Numbered from the stretch's first letter, positions 21,516 through 31,721 are shown. The stretch: DNA of 64,000 nt from Thiohalomonas denitrificans (GCA_020725115.1 DYFR01000018.1:11579-75578); one strand, 5' to 3'. Made by a program: numbers and translations. The notes: a model not told the origin generated them from the letters alone.

Positions 21516-23057
21516 TTAGCGGCTGGTGCCTCGGCTGTAGGTAGTCTTGTTGTGCACGTTGTATTTGCCTGACGGTTTCTTCATCGGCAGGCGTTTCACC
21601 TCTTCCAGCGTGGCGGCGTCGTAGATCACCAACGCACCGTCCATCTCCCAGATGCTTACCAGGGCGTACTTTCCATCGTTGGTGAATTCGACGTGGGCAG
21701 CGGTTTTTCCGGGCGTTGGTCTGAGGGTTTTGACGATCTCCAGCGTCCGCTTGTCGATGACGTGCATCACGTCCTTGTGTGGGCCGAAGAACACATCAAC
21801 CCACATATACGGTGTGTTATCGTGGCTGCGCATGAAGAAACCGGGGCCAAGGGTTTCGATGCGCTTGATGGTCTGCCAGTTTTTCAGATCGATAATACTG
21901 ACCACGCCCTCTTTGATGTTGGGCGTGGCCAGCACTTCTCTCCCCTCGTGCTTGAAGGTGATGCCTGATCCAAGGTGGGGCATGCCGGGCAGATCCAGAT
22001 CAGCGATCTTGCGGCCGAGGTACATATCCAGCACCTGGCCACCGCCATCGCGCGAGGCGCCGATGAGGTGCTCATATTCGTGGTCGAAGAAGAAATCATC
22101 CAGATAACCGTCGGTAGACATGCGCCGTAGCGGGAAGGGGCGCACCACCTCGTCGCTTTGTTCCTTGTGGAAATCGTGCACCCAGCTGCCGAAGCCCGGT
22201 GGCGGACGATCGGCATAGTTTATTTCCCATACCTCGGGAATATCTTTCAGTGCAGCGATGAAGCTCTGCCGCGGCGGCGCGGTGTAGACGGCGCTGACCC
22301 GTGAGCTGGTACCGTCCTTGCCGGTGGTATCCCACAGCTTGAGCGGTTGCAGCGTTACTGCGTCCAGCAGAACCAGACTGTGGGGCAGATAATTGGCAAC
22401 CATTACGTAGCGGCCATCGGCGGAGACGGCGATATTGCGGCTATTTATGCCGGCACGCACTTCGTTGATCAGGGTCAGGTTGTACAGGTCGTACTTGCTT
22501 ACCCAGCCGTCGCGCGAACTGAGATAAACAAAACGGCCATCGGGCGAATACTTGGGGCCGCCATGCAGGGCATAACGGGTGGGGAAGCGGTGGATGGCCT
22601 GGAACTTGTCGCCATCCAGCAGGGTGATGTGGTGATCGCCCAGTTCCACCACCAGGAACAGATTCTGCATATTGGCCTGGTAGCGCGGCACGTCGGGCAG
22701 GGTTTCTTCCCGGGCATGTTGCAGGTGGCTGGTTCTGATTTCGTCCAGGCCCCAGTGCGGCATGGCGGCCGGTTCGGTGTAGATGAACTCGGCCAGATTT
22801 CTTATTTCGTCAGCAGACAGCAGGTTGCCATAGCCGATCATCTGCGTTGCGGGGCGGCCCTGCGCAATGACCTCCATCGCCTCGGTCTTGCGTACGCGGC
22901 TAAGGTTTTGCGGCAGCAAGGCAGGGCCTATTCCGCCCAGGCGTTCGGTACCGTGGCAGCTGGCGCAGTGTTCGTTGTACAGATGTGTCGTGGAGCGCGG
23001 CTGGGCCATTACGCTGCACGCCAGTAGCAGCAGCCCGACGGATAACAGATGTTTCAT
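21516..23057 (-). CDS. nirN: cytochrome cd1-like protein NirN (dihydro-haem d1 dehydrogenase)
   Basis: Signal peptide, CASCHG haem c motif, then a d1-type beta-propeller region. Last gene of the nir biosynthesis operon. Confidence 0.85.
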   Translation of the reverse strand: MKHLLSVGLLLLACSVMAQPRSTTHLYNEHCASCHGTERLGGIGPALLPQNLSRVRKTEAMEVIAQGRPATQMIGYGNLLSADEIRNLAEFIYTEPAAMPHWGLDEIRTSHLQHAREETLPDVPRYQANMQNLFLVVELGDHHITLLDGDKFQAIHRFPTRYALHGGPKYSPDGRFVYLSSRDGWVSKYDLYNLTLINEVRAGINSRNIAVSADGRYVMVANYLPHSLVLLDAVTLQPLKLWDTTGKDGTSSRVSAVYTAPPRQSFIAALKDIPEVWEINYADRPPPGFGSWVHDFHKEQSDEVVRPFPLRRMSTDGYLDDFFFDHEYEHLIGASRDGGGQVLDMYLGRKIADLDLPGMPHLGSGITFKHEGREVLATPNIKEGVVSIIDLKNWQTIKRIETLGPGFFMRSHDNTPYMWVDVFFGPHKDVMHVIDKRTLEIVKTLRPTPGKTAAHVEFTNDGKYALVSIWEMDGALVIYDAATLEEVKRLPMKKPSGKYNVHNKTTYSRGTSR

Positions 23058-24226
23058 GAGCCGGCCTTTCGCTGCGGTGCCGCAGTCATGGCGAGAACCT
23101 CGTCATCTTCCAGATAACAGCCCGGATCTTCGGCCCAGGGATTGTTGCTGGTCTGCTGGGCACGCACGCGGGTGTTGCCGTTGCAGATGGCCAGGTGCAG
23201 GCAGGCGGCGCAGCGACCCTGCACCGGGCGCGGGTGCTGCTTGAGGCCGGCCATCAGCGGGTCGCTGGTGTCCTGCCAGATTGCGGAGAAGGGACGCTCA
23301 CGCACGTTGCCCAGGGTGTGATGCCACCACATGGTGTCGGGATGGACGTTGCCGATGTTGTCGATATTGGCGATGTTGATGCCGGAAGAGTTGCCGCCCC
23401 ACTGTACCAGACGTTGCTCGATTTCCGTTGCACGCGCGGGGAAGTGTTCGCGTACCCACATCAGGAAGTAGACGCCGTCGGCATCGTTGTTGCCGGTGAC
23501 GTATTCATGCCGAATGCCACGGCGCTGTTCGTCAAGGCAGCGCTCGAACAACAGATCCATGGCAGCGCGGGTAGCGCGGTGGTAGACATCATCGCGGCGG
23601 TTGCGGTTGCCACGCCCGGCATAGTTGAGGTGCGAAAGATAGAACTTGTCGATGCCTTCCTGCTCCATCAGCGTCAGCAATTGCGGCAGCTCGGCCGCAT
23701 TGTCCTGGGTCAGGGTGAAGCGCAGGCCTACCTTGATGCCATGTTCACGGCACAGGCGGATGCCGTGCAGGGAGCGGGCAAAGGCGCCGTCGAGGCGGCG
23801 GAAGCGATCATGGGTTGCCTCGATGCCGTCGAGGCTGATGCCGACATAGTTGTAACCTGCGGCGGCAATGGCGCCGATATTGCTTTCATCGATGAGTGTG
23901 CCGTTGGTGGAGAGGCCGACATAAAAGCCCATGGCCTTGGCGCGTTGTGAAATTTCGAAGATATCCGGTCGTAGCAGAGGCTCGCCGCCGGACAGGATCA
24001 ATACCGGTACGCCAAAACCCTTGAGATCGTCCAGTACCGTGCAGACCTCGGCCGTGGACAATTCGCCGGCGAAATCCTTGTCCGCCGAGGTGGCGTAGCA
24101 ATGCTTGCAGGTGAGATTGCAGCGCCGCACCAGATTCCAGATCACTACCGGGCCGACGGGTTTTCGTGCCGGTGTCAGCGGTGAGGGGTTGAGCAGGTAA
24201 TCCATGAATTGCGACAGGCGAAACAT
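23054..24226 (-). CDS. nirJ: radical SAM haem d1 biosynthesis protein NirJ
   Basis: CNLTCKHCY radical-SAM motif and a C-terminal Cys-rich auxiliary cluster region. Confidence 0.9.
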   Translation of the reverse strand: MFRLSQFMDYLLNPSPLTPARKPVGPVVIWNLVRRCNLTCKHCYATSADKDFAGELSTAEVCTVLDDLKGFGVPVLILSGGEPLLRPDIFEISQRAKAMGFYVGLSTNGTLIDESNIGAIAAAGYNYVGISLDGIEATHDRFRRLDGAFARSLHGIRLCREHGIKVGLRFTLTQDNAAELPQLLTLMEQEGIDKFYLSHLNYAGRGNRNRRDDVYHRATRAAMDLLFERCLDEQRRGIRHEYVTGNNDADGVYFLMWVREHFPARATEIEQRLVQWGGNSSGINIANIDNIGNVHPDTMWWHHTLGNVRERPFSAIWQDTSDPLMAGLKQHPRPVQGRCAACLHLAICNGNTRVRAQQTSNNPWAEDPGCYLEDDEVLAMTAAPQRKAGS

Positions 24227-24230
24227 GGCT

Positions 24231-24740
24231 TCAGTCTCCGCGTGTGCCGAGGCGCAGCCCGGTCTTTTTCAGGATGCGCGTGCTGTACAGCACGGCATGG
24301 CCGCGGTCATCCTTGCCAAGCAGACGGGCAATCTCCTCCACCTTGGCATCGGTTTCCTCACGGCTGCGGCCATGAACCATGGCAAACAGGTTGTAGGGCC
24401 AGTCGGGCAGATAGCGCGGTCGGCGGTAGCAATGGCTGACAAAGGACAGGGCGCCGAGCTGGGGGCCGAGGATGTGGATGCGATCATCCGGTACGTCCCA
24501 CACCGTCATGCCGTTGGAGGTGTAGCCGAGGGCATAGTGGTTGGGCACCAAACCGATGCGGCGGATGATGCCACATTCCTGCATGCGGATCAGACGCTCC
24601 ATCACCTCTTCGGCACTGATCCCAATCTGCTCCGCCAGGGCATGGTAGGGGCGCGGCGTCAAAGGCAGGCCGGCCTGGGTGGCAACGATGAGTGCGCGAT
24701 CAGTGGCGTCAGGCAGTGGAACAATAGTGGCGCTGCTCAT
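24231..24740 (-). CDS. nirH: sirohaem decarboxylase subunit NirH (AsnC/Lrp-like)
   Basis: Fourth of four paralogous ~150-175 aa AsnC-like genes. Size and order match nirDLGH. Confidence 0.8.
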   Translation of the reverse strand: MSSATIVPLPDATDRALIVATQAGLPLTPRPYHALAEQIGISAEEVMERLIRMQECGIIRRIGLVPNHYALGYTSNGMTVWDVPDDRIHILGPQLGALSFVSHCYRRPRYLPDWPYNLFAMVHGRSREETDAKVEEIARLLGKDDRGHAVLYSTRILKKTGLRLGTRGD

Positions 24741-25183
24741 ACCGCGAACCTCAGGTTGAGATAGTACTCCTCCAGCTTGGGCATGTTGTAGACCGGATAG
24801 CCGGTTTCCATTTCGATGGCCTTGATGGCTGCGAGCAGTTCAGCTTCGCTTTCGGTGGCAAGTACGAACCACATGTTGAATACATGGTCACGCTCGTAGT
24901 TGTGCGCCACCTCGGGATGGCCATTGACCAGGGCTGCGATACGATCCATTTCCTGTGGCGGGATGCGCATTGCCGCCAGTGTCAACGCGCCGCCGAGACG
25001 TTCGGCATGAAACAGCGGACCGAAGCGGCTAATGGTGTTTTGCTCGCGCAGGGCACCGATACGCCGCAGCAGTTCGGCCTCGTCAATGTCGAGTCTTTCT
25101 GCAGCGGCCGCATAGGGGCGTTCGCAGATGGGAAATCCCTCTTGCAGTGCATTGATGATGGAACGGTCGATATCATCCATCAC
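24737..25183 (-). CDS. nirG: sirohaem decarboxylase subunit NirG
   Basis: Paralogue series with a 4-nt overlap to both neighbours. Confidence 0.8.
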   Translation of the reverse strand: MMDDIDRSIINALQEGFPICERPYAAAAERLDIDEAELLRRIGALREQNTISRFGPLFHAERLGGALTLAAMRIPPQEMDRIAALVNGHPEVAHNYERDHVFNMWFVLATESEAELLAAIKAIEMETGYPVYNMPKLEEYYLNLRFAV

Positions 25184-25713
25184 ACAGTGATTCCATGTTG
25201 CACTGGAGCATAGATGGCACCGCGCTGTTTGAAACGGCGACGGCTGAACAGTACCTCATGCGGAACCTCGGCAATCTGGCAGTGCTGCTCAATCTGCTGC
25301 ACCCGCTCCAGCACGGCATCGCGATCCTGGCCATGGATCATGCAGAACAGATTGTAGGGCCAGGCCGGCAGGCGCCGCGGGCGGCGATAGCACAGGGTGA
25401 CGAACTCGAAGCGACCGATACAGTGGCCCAGTTCGCTGACGCGCTCATCGGGGATATCCCAAACCACCATGGCGTTGGCACGGTAGCCCAGTTCACGATG
25501 GCGCACCACCACACCCAGTCGCTTGATGGTGCCGTTGGCAAGCAGGGCAGTGAGACGTGTAATTACCTCTTCCTCACTCAGGCCGCACTGCGCTCCGAGT
25601 GCCGCGTAGGGGTGTGAGACCAGGGGCAGACCATGCTGTATGGCGGTTACCAGACGCCTATCGGCATCGGTGATGTTCTCGGCGTGCATGCGCGGCAGTG
25701 CGTTCATGTCCAT
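25180..25713 (-). CDS. nirL: sirohaem decarboxylase subunit NirL
   Basis: Paralogue series. An alternative ATG at 25707 gives an ATGA overlap. Confidence 0.8.
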   Translation of the reverse strand: MDMNALPRMHAENITDADRRLVTAIQHGLPLVSHPYAALGAQCGLSEEEVITRLTALLANGTIKRLGVVVRHRELGYRANAMVVWDIPDERVSELGHCIGRFEFVTLCYRRPRRLPAWPYNLFCMIHGQDRDAVLERVQQIEQHCQIAEVPHEVLFSRRRFKQRGAIYAPVQHGITV

Positions 25714-26186
25714 TTCAACTCGAATCCCAGGTCGATGTGAAAGTCTTCCAGCATGGGCAGGGCCATGACGGCAATGCCGCTGCGTTGCTCGATATCATTC
25801 AGAACCTGCGTTAACTGCGTATCGTCGGCGGCAGTGGCCACGAACCAGAGATTGATGCGATGTTCGCGCTCGTAATTATGATTGACCGCGTCATAACCGC
25901 TTACCAGCGCCGCCACTTCCTCCAGTCGCTCCGGTGGTACGGCCATGGCGGCGAGGGTGCTGGCGCCGACACGGTGGGTGCGGAACACGGCACCCACCCG
26001 GCTCACGGCGCCGGCTCCCTGCAATTCCTGCAAAGCGGCCAGTACGGCCTCTTCACTGGTGCCGAGTTGTGCCGCTATCTCGGCATAGGGCGCCGGCGTG
26101 AGCGGAAGATGGTGTTGGAAATCGTTGAGCAGGCGCCGTTCCAGGCTGCCCAGTTCCAGTGCCTCACTGCGACGGCTGCGGTGCAT
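25704..26186 (-). CDS. nirD: sirohaem decarboxylase subunit NirD
   Basis: Paralogue series, first after nirF. Confidence 0.8.
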   Translation of the reverse strand: MHRSRRSEALELGSLERRLLNDFQHHLPLTPAPYAEIAAQLGTSEEAVLAALQELQGAGAVSRVGAVFRTHRVGASTLAAMAVPPERLEEVAALVSGYDAVNHNYEREHRINLWFVATAADDTQLTQVLNDIEQRSGIAVMALPMLEDFHIDLGFELKWT

Positions 26187-26195
26187 GTCGTTCTC

Positions 26196-27365
26196 CTACA
26201 GGCCGATGCGGTGGGCGCGGGCGGTGAAGAATATGCCGCTGGGTTTGCGTGCAGGCAGCTCGGCAATACGCTTCAGCGTTGTGGTGTCGTACACATCCAC
26301 CCGATCCTCGTCACGCACCGACAGCCAGATGTGTTCGCCACGCGGCGTAAACTCCATGTGCAGGATCGCCTTGCCCGGTGTCAGGGTGGCAATGACCTGC
26401 TGTTTGACGGTATCGATGACCTGCACGGTGTCGTTGTGCGGGTGGGCGAAGTTGATCCAGATCTGGCGACCGTCGGGACGGGCCATGGCGAATACCGGTT
26501 GACCGTGCAGCGCAATGCGACCGGCCTCCTGCCAGGTACGGCGGTCAACGATGAGCAGTTCATGGCGGCCGATGGCGGGCAGAAAAGCGTGTTCCTCGCT
26601 TAACGCCCAGCCTTCCAGGTGCGGCATTTTGTATACCGGCAGCGGCTGTTCGCCACGACCATAGTTGTCGAGGATGCGTTGCACTCCGCGCTCGGGGTGC
26701 CACAGGTCGAGCAGGGCGAGGCCGTCCTCGCCGAACAGGCCGGCAATGTAGTGGCGGCCATCCATGCTTACCAGGGCGTCGTAAGGCAGGCGGCCAATAT
26801 CACGGAACTTCTCGATCACGGGGTTGCGGGGGTCGTGCAGATCGGCGACCCAGATTTCACCGGCGTCATACAGGCTGAAGGCGAAGCGGTTGCCGGTGCT
26901 GTCCTCAAGCCCGACCACCTTGGAATATTTTCCGTCACCATAGGCGGCTGGAATGTCCGCCATCAGCTCCAGCGTCTCGGCGTCGAACACCTTCACGCCG
27001 CCGGGCTGATAATTGGCCACGGCCACCAGGCGGCCGTCCTGGGAGATGGCGCCGCCGATGCTGTTGCCCGACTGCATTACGCGACCGGCAATACGCTGGC
27101 GCAGCATGTCCACCTTGGTCAGCGCGCCGTCGCGGCCGAAGACATAGGCGTAGCGTTCGTCACGCGAGTACACCACCGAGGCATGGGACAGATCGCCCAG
27201 CCCTTCGATACGTGCGAGGGTTTGCTGGTGGGTGCTCTCCACGATGAGCACACTGCCATCGGCGCGTTCAATGATCAGGCCGAGGTCGCCGGTACCTCGC
27301 AGTGGGGTGGCGCAGCCACCAAGCAACAGAACCAGTAGCAGCAGGGCGAACAGGTTACGGCGCAT
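26196..27365 (-). CDS. nirF: haem d1 biosynthesis protein NirF (d1-propeller-like lipoprotein)
   Basis: LLGGC lipobox and a cd1-propeller-like sequence without a haem c motif. Confidence 0.85.
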   Translation of the reverse strand: MRRNLFALLLLVLLLGGCATPLRGTGDLGLIIERADGSVLIVESTHQQTLARIEGLGDLSHASVVYSRDERYAYVFGRDGALTKVDMLRQRIAGRVMQSGNSIGGAISQDGRLVAVANYQPGGVKVFDAETLELMADIPAAYGDGKYSKVVGLEDSTGNRFAFSLYDAGEIWVADLHDPRNPVIEKFRDIGRLPYDALVSMDGRHYIAGLFGEDGLALLDLWHPERGVQRILDNYGRGEQPLPVYKMPHLEGWALSEEHAFLPAIGRHELLIVDRRTWQEAGRIALHGQPVFAMARPDGRQIWINFAHPHNDTVQVIDTVKQQVIATLTPGKAILHMEFTPRGEHIWLSVRDEDRVDVYDTTTLKRIAELPARKPSGIFFTARAHRIGL

Positions 27366-27693
27366 CGGGAACTCCTTTCATCAGAATGGCTACCAGCCAG
27401 GCCACCTCTGCTTCAGTGAGCAGTCCGCGCCAGGGCGGCATCGGTGTACCGGCGCGACCGTAAAGGACGGTGGCTTCGAGGGTGGCGGCGGGCTTGCCGG
27501 CCAGCGTGTCGGGAAGCAGGGCAGGGCCGAGGCCGCCTTTCAGCGTCATGCCGTGGCAGGAGCCGCAGTCGTGGCGCAGCAGATGCAACAGCTCGCCTTG
27601 CCGCGCGGGATCGATTTCTGCATTGGCCTGCAGTGGCATTGCGCTGGCGAGGATTGCCATGCCGAGCAAGAGCAGCAGTAAGTGTCTTGACAT
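27355..27693 (-). CDS. nirC: cytochrome c55X NirC
   Basis: Signal peptide, single CGSCHG motif, 112 aa, position upstream of nirF. Confidence 0.8.
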   Translation of the reverse strand: MSRHLLLLLLGMAILASAMPLQANAEIDPARQGELLHLLRHDCGSCHGMTLKGGLGPALLPDTLAGKPAATLEATVLYGRAGTPMPPWRGLLTEAEVAWLVAILMKGVPDAP

Positions 27694-27695
27694 GT

Positions 27696-28031
27696 TTACT
27701 CCACCACGCGAATCAGACCGCGCATGTGATCCATGTGCGGCTGGCAGACATAGGGAAACTCGCCGGGGATGTCGAACTTGCGTTCGTAGCTGTCTTCGGG
27801 GAACAGATATTCGCCCGGTTCCTCACCGGCATCACGAAACCACACATTGTGAAACTGGCGCTTTTCCATGTTGACCCAGCGCACAGTGGTTCCGCGTTTG
27901 ATGGTGATTTCTTCAGGTATGAATTTGTAGGCCAGTATTTCAACCACCACTACATTATCAGCGGCGGCAGCACTATTAACGGCGGCAAACAGCAGGATGA
28001 GGCTCAGACTCAGGGATGTCAGTCGGCGCAT
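27696..28031 (-). CDS. type-1 copper (cupredoxin) protein, plastocyanin/pseudoazurin-like
   Basis: Signal peptide MRRLTSLSLSLILLFAAVNSAAA. Candidate Cu ligands are H in FHNVWF and C..H..M in YVCQPHMDHM. A GAGAGGTGG SD precedes the ATG at 28031. Confidence 0.75.
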   Translation of the reverse strand: MRRLTSLSLSLILLFAAVNSAAAADNVVVVEILAYKFIPEEITIKRGTTVRWVNMEKRQFHNVWFRDAGEEPGEYLFPEDSYERKFDIPGEFPYVCQPHMDHMRGLIRVVE

Positions 28032-28178
28032 GACAACCACCTCTCTCTCAATGCCTTGCTTCCTTGGGAATGCCGGGCTGCCTGTCGGCAGCCCGGCGTT
28101 TGTATTCACATGACTACAGCATGCGTTCTGTAGTCATGGCATACCTTGATGGAAGTCAATTTTAGTCCGGCTTTCCCT

Positions 28179-29882
28179 CTACTGCCGGGTGGCATTGATC
28201 TCCGCTTCGGGATTATCGAAGCCCAGTTTGTATCCCAGCGACACATGGTGGAAACGCCCGCTGGTGTAGTCGTCATGAATGGCAAAGCCGATGTTGTAGA
28301 GCTGGCCCGGGTTGAGGCTGAGATCGCCTGCAGTGGACGAGTTCAGCTTGCGCTTCATGCTCACCACCCAGTTGTCACCCTGCTTCTCGCCGTTGAACTC
28401 CACGCCCTGGCCGCCCTGCATGACACGATCAGCCAGAATGTAGCCGTCTTCGGACTTGCCGCTGCCGGCCTTGTACCGCAACAGATCCATGAAGTGACCT
28501 GCTTTCAGCTCCGCTGCGATTTCGCCTTCACCTTTGCGCTTGTCCCAGCCGCCCAGTGGAGCGCTGCGGGCGGAAATTTCGGTGCGGCTTTCGGCAATGT
28601 ATTTGGTCACATCCTGGCCGGCCGGTGCATCGGGCATGCCGTTGGCGTCGTGGTGGCAGGTGCCCCAGCAGCCAGATTGTCCCGCCTCCTTAACCTCGTC
28701 GGTGGCGATCATCAGGGCGAGCTTGGTCGGGTTGTCCTTGTCCATCTTGCCGCCATCGACAAACGATACCGGTACATGGGCAGTATCGGGCCAGGTGAAG
28801 CGCATGTAGAGGTACTCTCCATCATGGGTGGCCTGCACCTGCACCGGGACGCCGGGACGCTTGCCGGGGATGGGATGCTCCTCGGCCTTTTCGCCGGTGA
28901 CCATCTTCTTGCCCATGGCCTCCTGCTCGCCCTCATGACAGGCAAAGCAGCGATCGCCTGCCTTGCTGTAGACGCGGGCGCCGCCATGCTGGCTACCGAT
29001 AAGCGCCCATTCCATCGAGGTCTGGCCGGGGTAGAACAGCATCACCTGGCGGGTGGATGCCTTGCTCCAGTCGGCCTTGATGCCGGCCGATGCCTTGGCG
29101 GCAGGAGCGGCAGCCGGCTTGGCTGCGGGTGCCGCGGCCGCCGCGGGTTCCGTTGCAGGAGCAGGTGCGGCCGCTACGGGAGCGGATGCCGGAGCCGGAG
29201 CGGTTGCCGGGGCTGCCGGCGCCTCCATTTTGACGCGATAGGCGGCCCATTGCGGCGGCAATTCACGCTTGTAGGCGGGATTGGATTTTTCCAGTACTTC
29301 AATCTCTTCGTCACTAAGCAGATCATGGGTCTTTTTATGCGCGATACCCTTGTGGCAGTCGATACAGGTCTGACCCTCATCCATGGCGAAGATATGCTGC
29401 TTGGCCGAGCGCTGCTTCTGGTTTTCCGGATTCATGGAATCCCAGTCGTGGCAGTTGCGGCATTCACGCGAATCGGTAGTCTTCATCGCCTTCCACACAT
29501 TGCGTGCCATTCGCAGGCGATGCTGGTCGAATTTTTCCGGCGTATCAATGGTGCCTAACACCTTGTGCAGCACCTCATTGCTGGCCTGGATCTTGCGCAC
29601 CATTTTGTGTACCCAAGGGTCAGGTACGTGGCAGTCGGAGCAGGTGGCGCGTACACCGCTGCGATTGGTGTAGTGCGCGGTGTGCGTGTATTCCTGATAC
29701 ACGTTCTCCTCCATTTCATGGCAGGAGATACAGAATGTCATGGTGTTGGTGGCTTCCATTACGGTGTTGAAACCGCCCCAGAAAATGACGCCGACCACCA
29801 TGAAAAACAGTGCCGCGCCGATGGTTGCACCGAACAGCACTTTGCGCGAAAAAAAGGGATTTTTTTGCTTTAAGTTGTCCAT
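28179..29882 (-). CDS. nirT: NapC/NirT tetrahaem cytochrome c fused through an Ala/Pro linker to an EB_dh/DOMON-like haem-binding domain
   Basis: N-terminal TM helix and four CxxCH motifs (CISCH, CSDCH, CRNCH, CIDCH). Linker at residues ~220-266. The C-terminal ~300 aa carries CFACH and CWGTCH. Confidence 0.85.
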   Translation of the reverse strand: MDNLKQKNPFFSRKVLFGATIGAALFFMVVGVIFWGGFNTVMEATNTMTFCISCHEMEENVYQEYTHTAHYTNRSGVRATCSDCHVPDPWVHKMVRKIQASNEVLHKVLGTIDTPEKFDQHRLRMARNVWKAMKTTDSRECRNCHDWDSMNPENQKQRSAKQHIFAMDEGQTCIDCHKGIAHKKTHDLLSDEEIEVLEKSNPAYKRELPPQWAAYRVKMEAPAAPATAPAPASAPVAAAPAPATEPAAAAAPAAKPAAAPAAKASAGIKADWSKASTRQVMLFYPGQTSMEWALIGSQHGGARVYSKAGDRCFACHEGEQEAMGKKMVTGEKAEEHPIPGKRPGVPVQVQATHDGEYLYMRFTWPDTAHVPVSFVDGGKMDKDNPTKLALMIATDEVKEAGQSGCWGTCHHDANGMPDAPAGQDVTKYIAESRTEISARSAPLGGWDKRKGEGEIAAELKAGHFMDLLRYKAGSGKSEDGYILADRVMQGGQGVEFNGEKQGDNWVVSMKRKLNSSTAGDLSLNPGQLYNIGFAIHDDYTSGRFHHVSLGYKLGFDNPEAEINATRQ

Positions 29883-29921
29883 ATATGACTCTCCCCGGAC
29901 GTAGGCACTGGTTCACGGCAG

Positions 29922-29951
29922 AAAAAAGGCGGGATGATTGCTCATCCCGCC
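29922..29951 (-). terminator. rho-independent terminator/attenuator after nirS
   Basis: On the minus strand, GGCGGGATGA-gcaa-TCATCCCGCC followed by TTTTTT. Confidence 0.6.
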
Positions 29952-29970
29952 TTCCTTAACGCTTACACCA

Positions 29971-31620
29971 TCAGGTTACATGGTTGCTGCGGTTGTACAC
30001 GTTGAACTTGCCGGTCGGTGCATAGAGGCCCTTGATCCTCTTCTTCTCCTTGAGGGTCTTGGCATCGAACACCACGATTTCGCCGTTGTCGGTCTTGGAG
30101 TCCTTGCGGTTCCATACCGAGGCCCATACTTCGCTGCCGTCGGCATTGAACTCGAAGTGCACCGCGACGTAGCCTTCCGTGTTGGTCAGGCGGATGGTCT
30201 TGGCGACCTTGCCGGTCTTCTTGTCGATGACCTTGACCGACTGCTGAACTTCCGGCTCCGGGTGCAGGGTCTGGTCAACCCAAACGTAATCGCTCTTCGG
30301 ATGGGTGCGCACGAACAGGCCCGGACCGTCGGTCTGCGTTTCGTAGCAGATCTTCCATGCCTTGTCCTTGTTCTTGGCCGGATCGTTGCCCCATACGGTC
30401 AGCTTGCCGACACCGAGGTGCGGCGTACCGCCCACCGGGCCGCACTTGGGATCGATCCAGTTGGCACCGGGACCCGGATGCGGACGCTTGTCGGTGTCGA
30501 TGATCGCTTCCAGCTTGCGGGTCTTGCTGTCGATGACCACCATCTGGTTGGAGGCATTGGCCGCGATCTGGAAGTAGCGACCGGTCGGATCGAAGAAGCC
30601 GTCATGCAGGAACTTGGCATTGTCGATCTGCTCGATGCGCAGGTTTTCGATATCGGTGTAGTCCACCTGCCAGGTCTGGCCCAGCTCCTTCATGTTGATC
30701 AGCCAGGTGGGTGCCAGCGGGGTGTCATAGATGGCGGCGACGCGTGACTCGTTGACGTACTCGCCGTCGACATTGATGCCGCGGGAAGAAACTACCTTGA
30801 GCGGATCCAGGGTCTTGGCATCCATGATGACGAAGTGCGGCGGCCAGTAACCGCCACCCACCACGTACTTGCCGTCGCCGGATACGGCGATGTCACGGGC
30901 GTCATAGGCGATCTGGGTCTCGGCCACCAGCATCTTGTCCGGGGTCTGCCACAGGTCGATCTTGGTGACCTTGCCGTCGCGGCCCATGGTGTACCAGAAG
31001 CGGCCGATATCCTTCGGGTTGGCCGGCTTGACAACCTTGTTCTTCTCCAGCGCCTTCAGTACATGCACGGCGTAGCCGGTGGGGATGTGGGTGATGACTT
31101 CATGCTTGTCACCGTCGATCACCGCCACCTTGCCGACGTCACGCTCGATGACGACGAAGAAGTTCTCCCAGTTGCGGCCGTGCATCGGCTTGGTCGGGTA
31201 GTCCTTGAGCGGGACGTGAACCTTGGTGCGGGCCTTCATCTGTGCCAGCGACATCTCAGGCGGAATCGGCGGCTCCATCTGGATGTAGGTCGCCATCAGC
31301 TTGATCTCTTCTTTGGTCATGATGCCATCGAAGTTGTTCATGCCGCCCTCGGTACCGAAGGCAATGATGCGTTCCAGGCGCTGTTGCCCCAGTTTCTGGG
31401 TTTCCTTGGGCTCCAGGCTCTTGCCGGTGGCGCCCTTGCGCAGCACGCCATGGCAACCGGCACACTGCTGGAAGTACAACAGTTTGGAACGTTCGAAATC
31501 CGCCTCGGCCATGGTGGGCGCCTGTGCAGCAGCCTGACCGGAGAACGATGCTGCTCCCCCAACGAGCAGCGCGGAGAGTACGGCGGAGTAGGTCTTGCTT
31601 AGCTTCGGTTTTCTTGACAT
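29971..31620 (-). CDS. nirS: cytochrome cd1 nitrite reductase
   Basis: Signal peptide, CAGCHG haem c domain and a full d1 beta-propeller (549 aa). Confidence 0.95.
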   Translation of the reverse strand: MSRKPKLSKTYSAVLSALLVGGAASFSGQAAAQAPTMAEADFERSKLLYFQQCAGCHGVLRKGATGKSLEPKETQKLGQQRLERIIAFGTEGGMNNFDGIMTKEEIKLMATYIQMEPPIPPEMSLAQMKARTKVHVPLKDYPTKPMHGRNWENFFVVIERDVGKVAVIDGDKHEVITHIPTGYAVHVLKALEKNKVVKPANPKDIGRFWYTMGRDGKVTKIDLWQTPDKMLVAETQIAYDARDIAVSGDGKYVVGGGYWPPHFVIMDAKTLDPLKVVSSRGINVDGEYVNESRVAAIYDTPLAPTWLINMKELGQTWQVDYTDIENLRIEQIDNAKFLHDGFFDPTGRYFQIAANASNQMVVIDSKTRKLEAIIDTDKRPHPGPGANWIDPKCGPVGGTPHLGVGKLTVWGNDPAKNKDKAWKICYETQTDGPGLFVRTHPKSDYVWVDQTLHPEPEVQQSVKVIDKKTGKVAKTIRLTNTEGYVAVHFEFNADGSEVWASVWNRKDSKTDNGEIVVFDAKTLKEKKRIKGLYAPTGKFNVYNRSNHVT

Positions 31621-31721
31621 GGTTTTTAGCCCCCTGCGGGTTGTGGAAAGTCGATTAAAATCCGTCCAACAAATCCTTCATGACTCTGTGACTTTTTTAC
31701 TCAGCTAAAAGACCTACATCC

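Noticed and set aside
28146-29558. 470-aa plus-strand ORF
   Set aside because: It is antisense to the NirT-fusion gene, whose five CxxCH motifs fix the true frame and strand.
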